NCBI GenBank assembly: GCA_964016885.1
Contig: OZ024744.1
Span: forward strand, 11,594,001 to 11,658,000
Direction of reading: 5' to 3'
Length of the DNA stretch: 64,000 bases
From: Eledone cirrhosa
Lineage: Eukaryota
The translations under genes and the position numbers were made by a program. Under the pieces are notes generated by a model, which saw nothing but the letters and a program-made list of their open reading frames with translations, was not told where the DNA came from and searched no databases. Of this stretch, positions 41,801-54,100 are shown in pieces; the stretch's first letter is position 1, and each line of letters opens with the position of its first letter.

Positions 41801-44800
41801 TGTTGTGTTGTTATTCTCCAATATGTTGTGCTGTTGTACTCCAATGTGTTGTGTTGTTATACTCCAATATGTTGTGTTGATTTACTCCAATATGTTGTGT
41901 TGTTGTACTCCAATCTGTTGTGTTGTTATACTCCAATCTGTTGTGTTGTTATACTCCAATATGTTGTGTTGTTGTAGTCCAATATGTTGTGTTGTCGTAC
42001 TCCAATATGTTGTGTTGTTATACTCCAATATTTCGTGTGGTTGTACTCCAATATGTCATGGTGTTGTACTTCAATATGTCGTGTTGTTGTACTCCAATAT
42101 GTTGTCTTGCTGTACTCCAATATGTTGTGTTGTTGTACTCCAATATCTTGTGTTCTTATACTCCAATATGTTGTGTTGTTATACTCCAATATGTTGTGTT
42201 GTTGTACTCCAATATGTTGTGCTGTTTTACTCCAATATGTTATGTTGTTGTACTCCAATATGTCATGTTGTTGTACTCCAATATGTTTTGATGTTGTACT
42301 CCAATATGTTGTGTTGTTGTACTCCAATATGTTTTGATGTTGTAGTCCAATATGTTGTGTTGTTATACTCCAATATGTTATGTTGTTGTACTCCAATATG
42401 TCATGTTGTTGTACTCCAATATGTTTTGATGTTGTACTCCAATATGTTGTGTTGTTGTACTCCAATATGTTTTGATGTTGTAGTCCAATATGTTGTGTTG
42501 TTGTACTCCAATATGTTGTGTAGTCGTACTCCAATATGTTGTGTTGTTGTACTCCAATATGCTGTGATGTTGTACTCCAATATGACGTGCTGTTGTACTC
42601 CAATGCGTTGTGTTGTTGTACTCCAATATGCTGTGTTGTTATACTCCAATATGTTGTGTTGTTGTACTCCAATATGTTGTGTTGTTGTACTCCAATATGT
42701 TGTGTTGTTGTAATCCAATATCTTGTGTAGTTATACTCCAATATGTTGTGCTGTTGTACTCCAATATGTTGAGTTGTTATACTCCAATATGTAGTGTTGT
42801 TATACTCCAATATGTTGTGTTGTTGTACTCCAATCTGTTGCGTTATACTCCAATATGTTGTGTTGTTATACTCCAATATGTTGTGTTTTTATACTCCAAT
42901 ATGTTGTGTTGTTTTACTCCAATATGTTGTATTGTTGATCTCCAATATGTCATATTATACTCCAATAAGTTGTGTTCTTGTACTCCAATATGTGTTGTTG
43001 TTGTACTCCAATATGTTGCGTTGTTGTACTCCATTATATCATGTTATACTCCAATAAGTTGTGTTCTTGTACTCCAATATGTTGTGTTGTTGTACTCCAA
43101 TATGTTATGTTGTTGTACCCCAATATGTCATGTTGTTGTACTCCAATATGTTTTGATGTTGTACTCCAATATGTTGTGTTGTTGTACTCCAATATATCAT
43201 GTTGTCGTACTCCAATATGTCATGTTATACTCCAATATGTTGTGTTGTTGTACTCCAATATGTTTTGATGTTGTAGTCCAATATGTTGTGTTGTTATACT
43301 CCAATATGTGTTGTTGTTGTACTCCAATATGTTGCGTTGTTGTACTCCAATATATCATGTTATACTCCAATAAGTTGTGTTCTTGTACTCCAATATGTTG
43401 TGTTGTTGTACTCCAATATATCATGTTATACTCCAATAAGTTGTGTTCTTGTACTCCAATATGTTGTGTTGTTGTACTCCAATATGTTGTGTTGTTGTAC
43501 TCCAATATATCATGTTGTCGTACTCCAATATGTCATGTTATACTCCAATATGTTGTGTTGTTGTACTCCAATATGTTTTGATGTTGTAGTCCAATATGTT
43601 GTGTTGTTATACTCCAATATGTGTTGTTGTTGTACTCCAATATGTTGCGTTGTTGTACTCCAATATATCATGTTATACTCCAATAAGTTGTGTTCTTGTA
43701 CTCCAATATGTTTTGATGTTGTAGTCCAATATGTTGTGTTGTTGTACTCCAATATGTTGTGTAGTCGTACTCCAATATGTTGTGTTGTTGTACTCCAATA
43801 TGCTGTGATGTTGTACTCCAATATGACGTGCTGTTGTACTCCAATGCGTTGTGTTGTTGTACTCCAATATGCTGTGTTGTTATACTCCAATATGTTGTGT
43901 TGTTGTACTCCAATATGTTGTGTTGTTGTACTCCAATATGTTGTGTTGTTGTAATCCAATATCTTGTGTAGTTATACTCCAATATGTTGTGCTGTTGTAC
44001 TCCAATATGTTGAGTTGTTATACTCCAATATGTCATGTTATACTCCAATATGTCGTTGTTATACTCCAATATGTCATGATGTTGTACTCCAATATGTCGT
44101 GTTCTTGTACTCCAATATGTCGTGTTGTCGTACTCCAATATGTTGTGTTGTTGTACTCCAATATGTTGTGTTGTTTTACTCCAATATGTTGTATTGTTGA
44201 TCTCCAATATGTCATATTATACTCCAATAAGTTGTGTTCTTGTACTCCAATATGTGTTGTTGTTGTACTCCAATATGTTGCGTTGTTGTACTCCAATATA
44301 TCATGTTATACTCCAATAAGTTGTGTTCTTGTACTCCAATATGTTGTGTTGTTGTACTCCAATATGTTATGTTGTTGTACTCCAATATGTCATGTTGTTG
44401 TACTCCAATATGTTTTGATGTTGTACTCCAATATGTTGTGTTGTTGTACTCCAATATGTTTTGATGTTGTAGTCCAATATGTTGTGTTGTTATACTCCAA
44501 TATGTTATGTTGTTGTACTCCAATATGTCATGTTGTTGTACTCCAATATGTTTTGATGTTGTACTCCAATATGTTGTGTTGTTATACTCCAATATGTTGT
44601 GCTGTTGTACTCCAATATGCTGTGTTGTTATACTCCAATATGTAGTGTTGTTATACTCCAATATGTTGTGTTGTTGTACTCCAATCTGTTGTGTTGTTAT
44701 ACTCCAATATATTGTGTTGTTATACTCCAATATGTTGTGTTGTTTTACTCCAATATGTTGTGTTGTTGTACTCCAATATGTTGTATTGTTGTTCTCCAAT

Positions 44801-47800
44801 ATGTCATGTTATACTCCAATAAGTTGTGTTCTTGTACTCCAATATGTTGTGTTGTTGTACTCCAATATGTTGTGTTGTTGTACTCCAATATATCATGTTG
44901 TCGTACTCCAATATGTCATGTTATACTCCAATATGTCGTTGTTATACTCCAATATGTCATGATGTTGTACACCAATATGTCGTGTTCTTGTACTCCAATA
45001 TGTCGTGTTGTCGTACTCCAATATGTTGTGTTGTTGTACTCCAATATGTTGTGCTGTTGTACTCCAATATGTTGTGTTGTTGTACTCCAATATGTTGTGT
45101 TGTTATACTCCAATATGTTGTGCTGTTGTACTCCAATATTCCGTGTTGTTGTACTCCAATACGTCGTGTTGTACTCCAATATGTTGTGTTGTTATACTCC
45201 AATATGTTATGTTGTTGTACTCCAATGTGTCTTGTTGTTGTACTCCAATATGTTTTGATGTTGTACTCCAATATGTTGTGTTGTTGTACTCCAATATGTT
45301 TTGATGTTGTACTCCAATATGTTGTGTTGTTGTACTCCAATATGTTGTGTAGTCGTATTCCAATATGTTGTGTTGTTGTACTCTAATATGTTTTGTTGTT
45401 ATTCTCCAATATGTTGTGATGTTGTACTCCAATGTGTTGTGTTGTTGTACTCCAATGTGATGTGTTGCTGTACTCCAATATGTTGTGCTGTTGTACTCCA
45501 ATATTTTTTGTTTTTTGTACTCCAATATGTTGTGTTGTTATACTCCAATATGTTGTGTTGTTATACTCCAATATGGTGTGTTGTTGTACTCCAATATGTT
45601 GTATTGTTTTCTCCAATATGTCATGTTATACTCCAATATGGTGTGTTCGTGTACTCCAATATGTTGTGTTATTGTACTCCAATATGTTGCGTTGTTGTAC
45701 TCCAATATGTTGTGTTGTTATACTCCAATATGTCGTGTGGCTGTACTCCAATATGTCATGTTGTTGTACTCCAATATGTCTTGTTATAGTCCAATATGTC
45801 GTGTTGTTGTACTCCAATATATCATGTAGTTGTACTCCAATATTTCGTGTTGTTGTACCCCAATATGTAGTGTTGTTTATACTCCAATATGTTTTGCTGT
45901 TGTACTCCAATATGTTGTGTTGCTGTACTCCTATATGTTGTGTTGTTATTCTCCAATATGTTGTGCTGTTGTACTCCAATGCGTTGTGTTGTTGTACTCC
46001 AATATGCTGTGTTGTTATACTCCAATATGTTGTGTTGTTGTACTCCAATATGTTGTGTTGTTGTACTCCAATATGTTGTGTTGTTGTAATCCAATATCTT
46101 GTGTAGTTATACTCCAATATGTTGTGCTGTTGTACTCCAATATGTTGAGTTGTTATACTCCAATATGTAGTGTTGTTATACTCCAATATGTTGTGTTGTT
46201 GTACTCCAATCTGTTGCGTTATACTCCAATATGTTGTGTTGTTATACTCCAATATGTTGTGTTGTTATACTCCAATATGTTGTGTTGTTTTACTCCAATA
46301 TGTTGTATTGTTGATCTCCAATATGTCATATTATACTCCAATAAGTTGTGTTCTTGTACTCCAATATGTGTTGTTGTTGTACTCCAATATGTTGCGTTGT
46401 TGTACTCCAATATATCATGTTGTCGTACTCCAATATGTCATGTTATACTCCAATATGTTTTGATGCTGTACTCCAATATGTTGTGTTGTTGTACTACAAT
46501 ATGTTGTGTTGTTGTACTCCAATATGTTGTGTTGTTATACTCCAATATGTTGTGTTGTTGTACTCCAATATGCTGTGTTGTTATACTCCAATATGTAGTG
46601 TTGTTATACTCCAATATGTTGTGTTGTTTTACTCCAATCTGTTGTGTTGTTATACTCCAATATATTGTGTTGTTATACTCCAATATGTTGTGTTGTTTTA
46701 CTCCAATATGTTGTGTTGTTGTACTCCAATATGTTGTATTGTTGTTCTCCAATATGTCATGTTATACTCCAATAAGTTGTGTTCTTGTACTCCAATATGT
46801 TGTGTTGTTGTACTCCAATATGTTGTGTTGTTGTACTCCAATATATCATGTTGTCGTACTCCAATATGTCATGTTATACTCCAATATGTCGTTGTTATAC
46901 TCCAATATGTCATGATGTTGTACTCCAATATGTCGTGTTCTTGTACTCCAATATGTCGTGTTGTCGTACTCCAATATGTTGTGTTGTTGTACTCCAATAT
47001 GTTGTGCTGTTGTACTCCAATATGTTGTGTTGTTGTACTCCAATATGTTGTGCTGTTATACTCCAATATGGTGTGCTGTTGTACTCCAATATTTCGTGTT
47101 GTTGTACTCCAATACGTCGTGTTGTACTCCAATATGTTGTGTTGTTATACTCCAATATGTTATGTTGTTGTACTCCAATGTGTCTTGTTGTTGTACTCCA
47201 ATATGTTTTGATGTTGTACTCCAATATGTTGTGTTGTTGTACTCCAATATGTTTTGATGTTGTACTCCAATATGTTGTGTTGTTGTACTCCAATATGTTG
47301 TGTAGTCGTATTCCAATATGTTGTGTTGTTGTACTCTAATATGTTTTGTTGTTATTCTCCAATATGTTGTGATGTTGTACTCCAATGTGTTGTGTTGTTG
47401 TACTCCAATGTGATGTGTTGCTGTACTCCAATATGTTGTGCTGTTGTACTCCATATTTTTTGTTTTTTTGTACTCCAATATGTTGTGTTGTTATACTCCA
47501 ATATGTTGTGTTGTTATACTCCAATATGGTGTGTTGTTGTACTCCAATATGTTGTATTGTTTTCTCCAATATGTCATGTTATACTCCAATATGGTGTGTT
47601 CGTGTACTCCAATATGTTGTGTTATTGTACTCCAATATGTTGCGTTGTTGTACTGCAATATGTTGTGTTGTTATACTCCAATATGTCGTGTGGCTGTACT
47701 CCAATATGTCATGTTGTTGTACTCCAATATGTCTTGTTATAGTCCAATATGTCGTGTTGTTGTACTCCAATATATCATGTAGTTGTACTCCAATATTTCG

Positions 47801-48120
47801 TGTTGTTGTACCCCAATATGTAGTGTTGTTTATACTCCAATATGTTTTGCTGTTGTACTCCAATATGTTGTGTTGCTGTACTCCTATATGTTGTGTTGTT
47901 ATTCTCCAATATGTTGTGCTGTTGTACTCCAATGTGTTGTGTTGTTATACTCCAATGTGTTGTGTTGTTATACTCCAATATGTTGTGTTGTTGTAGTCCA
48001 ATATGTTGTGTTGTCGTACTCCAATATGTTGTGTTGTTATACTCCAATATTTCGTGTGGTTGTACTCCAGTATGTCATGGTGTTGTACTTCAATATGTCG
48101 TGTTGTTGTACTCCAATATG
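38886..48120 (+). repeat. 2.16-kb block copied at offset 7,076 bp (38886-41044 matches 45962-48120)
   Basis: ORF pairs 39094/46170, 39272/46348, 40178/47254, 40699/47775. Shared variants include actccatatttttt (~40372/47448) and actgcaat (~40576/47652). Confidence 0.9.
42230..44600 (+). repeat. Zone of short-range nested duplications (66, 138 and 313 bp periods), repeated at ~54900-57270
   Basis: 42241 matches 42379 (138 bp, 6 monomers), 43197 matches 43510 (313 bp), and 43351 matches 43417 (66 bp, 20+23+23). The ORF translations are identical at +12671. Confidence 0.85.
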
Positions 48121-51100
48121 TTGTCTTGTTGTACTCCAATCTGTTGTATTGTTGTACTTCAATATGTTCTGTTGTTGTACTCCAATATATTGTGTTGTTG
48201 TACTCCAATATGTTGTGTTGTTGTACTCCAATATGCTGTGTTGTTGTACTCCAATATGTTGTGTTGTTGTACTCCAATATGTTGTGTTGTTGTACTCCAA
48301 TATCTTGTGTTCTTATACTCCAATATGTTGTGTTGTTATACTCCAATATGTTGTGTTGTTGTACTCCAATATGTTGTGCTGTTGTACTCCAATATGATGT
48401 GCTGTTGTACTCCAATATGCTGTGTTGTTGTACTCCAATGTGTTTTGTTGTGGTACTCCAATATGTTGTGCCGTTGTACTCCAATATTTTTTTGTTTTTG
48501 TACTCCAAAATGTTGTGTTGTTATACTCCAATATGTTGTGTTGGTTTACTCCAATATGGTGTGCTGTTGTACTCCAAATCTCGTGTTGTTATACTCCAAT
48601 GTGTTGTGTTGTTATACTCCAATATGGTGTGTTGTTGAACTCCAATATGTTGTATTGTTTTTCTCCAATATGTCATGTTATACTCCAATATGTCGTGTTG
48701 CTGTACTCCAATATGTCATGCTGTTGTACTTCAATATGTTTTGCTGTTGTACTCCACCGTGTTGTGTTGTTGAACTCCAATACGTTGTGTTGTTGTTCTC
48801 CAATATTTTTGTGCTGTTGTACTCCAATTTGTGTTGTTGTACTCCAATATGTTGTGTTGTTGTACTCCAATATGTTGTGTTGTTGTACTCCAATATGTTG
48901 TGTTGTTATACTCCAATATGTTGTGCTGTTGTACTCCAATATTTCGTGTTGTTATACTCCAATACGTCGTGTTGTTGTACTCCAATATGTTTTGATGTTG
49001 TACTCAAATATGTTGTGTTGTTGTACTCCAATATGTTTTGATGTTGTACTCCAATATGTTGTGTTGTTGTACTCCAATATGTTGTGTAGTCTTACTCCAA
49101 TATGTTGTGTTGTTGTACTCCAATATGCTGTGATGTTGTACTCCAATATGATGTGATGTTGTACTCCAATGTGTTGTGTTGTTGTACTCCAATGTGATGT
49201 GTTGTTGTACTCCAATATGTTGTGTTGTTATACTCCAATATGTTATGTTGTTGTACTCCAATATGTCATGTTGTTGTACTCCAATATGTTTTGATGTTGT
49301 ACTCCAATATGTCGTGTTGTTATACTCCAATATGTTATGATGTTGTACTCCAATATATTGTGTTGTTGTACTCCAATATGTTGTGTCGTTGTACTCCAAT
49401 ACGTTGTGTTGTTGTACTCCAATATGTTGTGTTGTTGTACTCCAATATGTTGTTGTACTCCAATATGCCATGTTGTCGTACTCCAATATTTCGTGTTGTT
49501 GTACTCCAATATGTCATGGTGTTGTACTCCAATATGTTGTGTTGTTGTACTCCAATATGTTGTGTTGTTGTACTCCAATATGTTGTGTTGCTGTACTCCA
49601 ATATGTTGTGTTGTTGTATTCCAATATGTTGTGTTGTTGTACTCCAATATGTTGTGTTGTTGTACTCCAATATGTTGTGTTGTTGTACTCCAATATGCCA
49701 TGTTGTTATACTCCAATATGTGGTGGTGTTGTACTCCAATATGTCATGTTGTTGTACTCCAATATTTCGTGTTGTTGTACTCCAATATGTCATAGGGGTT
49801 GTACTCCAATATGCTGTGTTGCTGTACTCCAATAGGTTGTGTTGTTGTACTCCAATATGCTGTGTTGGCTGTGCTCCAATACGTTGTGTTGTTGTACTCC
49901 AATATGCTGTGCTGCTGTACTCCAATATGTTGTGTTGTTGTACTCCAATATGTTGTGTTGTTGTACTCCAATATGTTGTGTTGTTGTACTCCAATCTATA
50001 TCGCTGTTGTACTCCAATATGTTGTGTTGTTGTACTCCAATATGTTGTGCTGTTGTACTCCAATATGTTGTGCTGTTGTACTCCAATATTTTGTGCTGTT
50101 ATACTCCAATATATTGTGTTGTTATACTCCAATATGTTGTGTTGTTGTACTCCAAAATATTGTGTTGTTATACTCCAATATGTTGTGTTGTTATACTCCA
50201 ATAAGTTGTGCTGTTATACTCCAATATGTTGTGTTGTTGTACTCCAATATGTTGTGCTGTTATACTCCAATATTTTGTGTTGTTATACTCCAATATGTGG
50301 TATTGTTGTACTCCAATATGTTGTGCTGTTGTACTCCAATATGTTGTGTTGTTATACTCCAACATGTTGTGTTGTTATACTCCAATATGTTGTGTTGTTA
50401 TACTCGAATATGTTGTGTTGTTATACTCGAATATATTGTGTTGTTATACTCGAATATGTTGTGCTGTTGTACTCCAATATGTCGTGTTGTTGTACTCCAA
50501 TATATCATGTAGTTGTACTCCAATATTTCGTGTTGTTGTACCCCAATATGTAGTGTTGTTTATACTCCAATATGTTTTGCTGTTGTACTCCAATATGTTG
50601 TGTTGCTGTACTCCTATATGTTGTGTTGTTATTCTCCAATATGTTGTGCTGTTGTACTCCAATGTGTTGTGTTGTTATACTCCAATATGTTGTGTTGATT
50701 TACTCCAATATGTTGTGTTGTTGTACTCCAATCTGTTGTGTTGTTATACTCCAATGTGTTGTGTTGTTATACTCCAATATGTTGTGTTGTTGTAGTCCAA
50801 TATGTTGTGTTGTCGTACTCCAATATGTTGTGTTGTTATACTCCAATATTTCGTGTGGTTGTACTCCAATATGTCATGGTGTTGTACTTCAATATGTCGT
50901 GTTGTTGTACTCCAATATGTTGTCTTGCTGTACTCCAATATGTTGTGTTGTTGTACTCCAATATCTTGTGTTCTTATACTCCAATATGTTGTGTTGTTAT
51001 ACTCCAATATGTTGTGTTGTTGTACTCCAATATGTTGTGCTGTTTTACTCCAATATGTTGTGTTGTTGTACTCCAATATGTTGTATTGTTTTTCTCCAAT

Positions 51101-54100
51101 ATGTCATGTTATACTCCAATAAGTTGTGTTCTTGTACTCCAATATGTTGTGTTGTTGTACTCCAATATATCATGTTGTCGTACTCCAATATGTCATGTCA
51201 TACTCCAATATGTCATTGTTGTACTCCAATATGTCGTGTTGTTGTACTCCAATATGTCGTGTTGTTGTACTCCAATATGTTGTGTTGCTGTACTCCAATA
51301 TGTTGTGTTGTTGTACTCCAATATGTTGTGTTGTTATACTCCAATATGTTATGTTGTTGTACTCCAATATGTCATGTTGTTGTACTCCAATATGTTTTGA
51401 TGTTGTACTCCAATATGTTGTGTTGTTGAACTCCAATATGTTTTGATGTTGTAGTCCAATATGTTGTGTTGTTGTACTCCAATATGTTGTGTAGTCGTAC
51501 TCCAATATGTTGTGTTGTTGTACTCCAATATGCTGTGATGTTGTACTCCAATATGATGTGCTGTTGTACTCCAATGCGTTGTGTTGTTGTACTCCAATAT
51601 GCTGTGTTGTTATACTCCAATATGTTGTGTTGTTGTACTCCAATATGTTGTGTTGTTGTACTCCAATATGTTGTGTTGTTGTAATCCAATATCTTGTGTA
51701 GTTATACTCCAATATGTTGTGCTGTTGTACTCCAATATGTTGAGTTGTTATACTCCAATATGTAGTGTTGTTATACTCCAATATGTTGTGTTGTTGTACT
51801 CCAATCTGTTGCGTTATACTCCAATATGTTGTGTTGTTATACTCCAATATGTTGTGTTGTTATACTCCAATATGTTGTGTTGTTTTACTCCAATATGTTG
51901 TATTGTTGATCTCCAATATGTCATATTATACTCCAATAAGTTGTGTTCTTGTACTCCAATATGTGTTGTTGTTGTACTCCAATATGTTGCGTTGTTGTAC
52001 TCCAATATATCATGTTGTCGTACTCCAATATGTCATGTTATACTCCAATATGTTTTGATGCTGTACTCCAATATGTTGTGTTGTTGTACTACAATATGTT
52101 GTGTTGTTGTACTCCAATATGTTGTGTTGTTATACTCCAATATGTTGTGCTGTTGTACTCCAATATGCTGTGTTGTTATACTCCAATATGTAGTGTTGTT
52201 ATACTCCAATATGTTGTGTTGTTGTACTCCAATCTGTTGTGTTGTTATACTCCAATATATTGTGTTGTTATACTCCAATATGTTGTGTTGTTTTACTCCA
52301 ATATGTTGTGTTGTTGTACTCCAATATGTTGTATTGTTGTTCTCCAATATGTCATGTTATACTCCAATAAGTTGTGTTCTTGTACTCCAATATGTTGTGT
52401 TGTTGTACTCCAATATGTTGTGTTGTTGTACTCCAATATATCATGTTGTCGTACTCCAATATGTCATGTTATACTCCAATATGTCGTTGTTATACTCCAA
52501 TATGTCATGATGTTGTACTCCAATATGTCGTGTTCTTGTACTCCAATATGTCGTGTTGTCGTACTCCAATATGTTGTGTTGTTGTACTCCAATATGTTGT
52601 GCTGTTGTACTCCAATATGTTGTGTTGTTGTACTCCAATATGTTGTGTTGTTATACTCCAATATGGTGTGCTGTTGTACTCCAATATTTCGTGTTGTTGT
52701 ACTCCAATACGTCGTGTTGTACTCCAATAGGTTGTGTTGTTATACTCCAATATGTTATGTTGTTGTACTCCAATGTGTCTTGTTGTTGTACTCCAATATG
52801 TTTTGATGTTGTACTCCAATATGTTGTGTTGTTGTACTCCAATATGTTTTGATGTTGTACTCCAATATGTTGTGTTGTTGTACTCCAATATGTTGTGTAG
52901 TCGTATTCCAATATGATGTGTTGTTGTACTCTAATATGTTTTGTTGTTATTCTCCAATATGTTGTGATGTTGTACTCCAATGTGTTGTGTTGTTGTACTC
53001 CAATGTGATGTGTTGCTGTACTCCAATATGTTGTGCTGTTGTACTCCAATATTTTTTGTTTTTTGTACTCCAATATGTTGTGTTGTTATACTCCAATATG
53101 TTGTGTTGTTATACTCCAATATGGTGTGTTGTTGTACTCCAATATGTTGTATTGTTTTCTCCAATATGTCATGTTATACTCCAATATGGTGTGTTCGTGT
53201 ACTCCAATATGTTGTGTTATTGTACTCCAATATGTTGCGTTGTTGTACTCCAATATGTTGTGTTGTTATACTCCAATATGTCGTGTGGCTGTACTCCAAT
53301 ATGTCATGTTGTTGTACTCCAATATGTCTTGTTATAGTCCAATATGTCGTGTTGTTGTACTCCAATATATCATGTAGTTGTACTCCAATATTTCGTGTTG
53401 TTGTACCCCAATATGTAGTGTTGTTTATACTCCAATATGTTTTGCTGTTGTACTCCAATATGTTGTGTTGCTGTACTCCTATATGTTGTGTTGTTATTCT
53501 CCAATATGTTGTGCTGTTGTACTCCAATGTGTTGTGTTGTTATACTCCAATGTGTTGTGTTGTTATACTCCAATATGTTGTGTTGTTGTAGTCCAATATG
53601 TTGTGTTGTCGTACTCCAATATGTTGTGTTGTTATACTCCAATATTTCGTGTGGTTGTACTCCAGTATGTCATGGTGTTGTACTTCAATATGTCGTGTTG
53701 TTGTACTCCAATATGCTGTGTTGGCTGTGCTCCAATACGTTGTGTTGTTGTACTCCAATATGCTGTGCTGCTGTACTCCAATATGTTGTGTTGTTGTACT
53801 CCAATATATTGTGTTGTTGTACTCCAATATGTTGTGTTGTTGTACTCCAATCTATATCGCTGTTGTACTCCAATATGTTGTGTTGTTGTACTCCAATATG
53901 TTGTGCTGTTGTACTCCAATATGTTGTGCTGTTGTACTCCAATATGTTGTGCTGTTATACTCCAATATATTGTGTTGTTATACTCCAATATGTTGTGTTG
54001 TTGTACTCCAAAATATTGTGTTGTTATACTCCAATATGTTGTGTTGTTATACTCCAATAAGTTGTGCTGTTATACTCCAATATGTTGTGTTGTTGTACTC

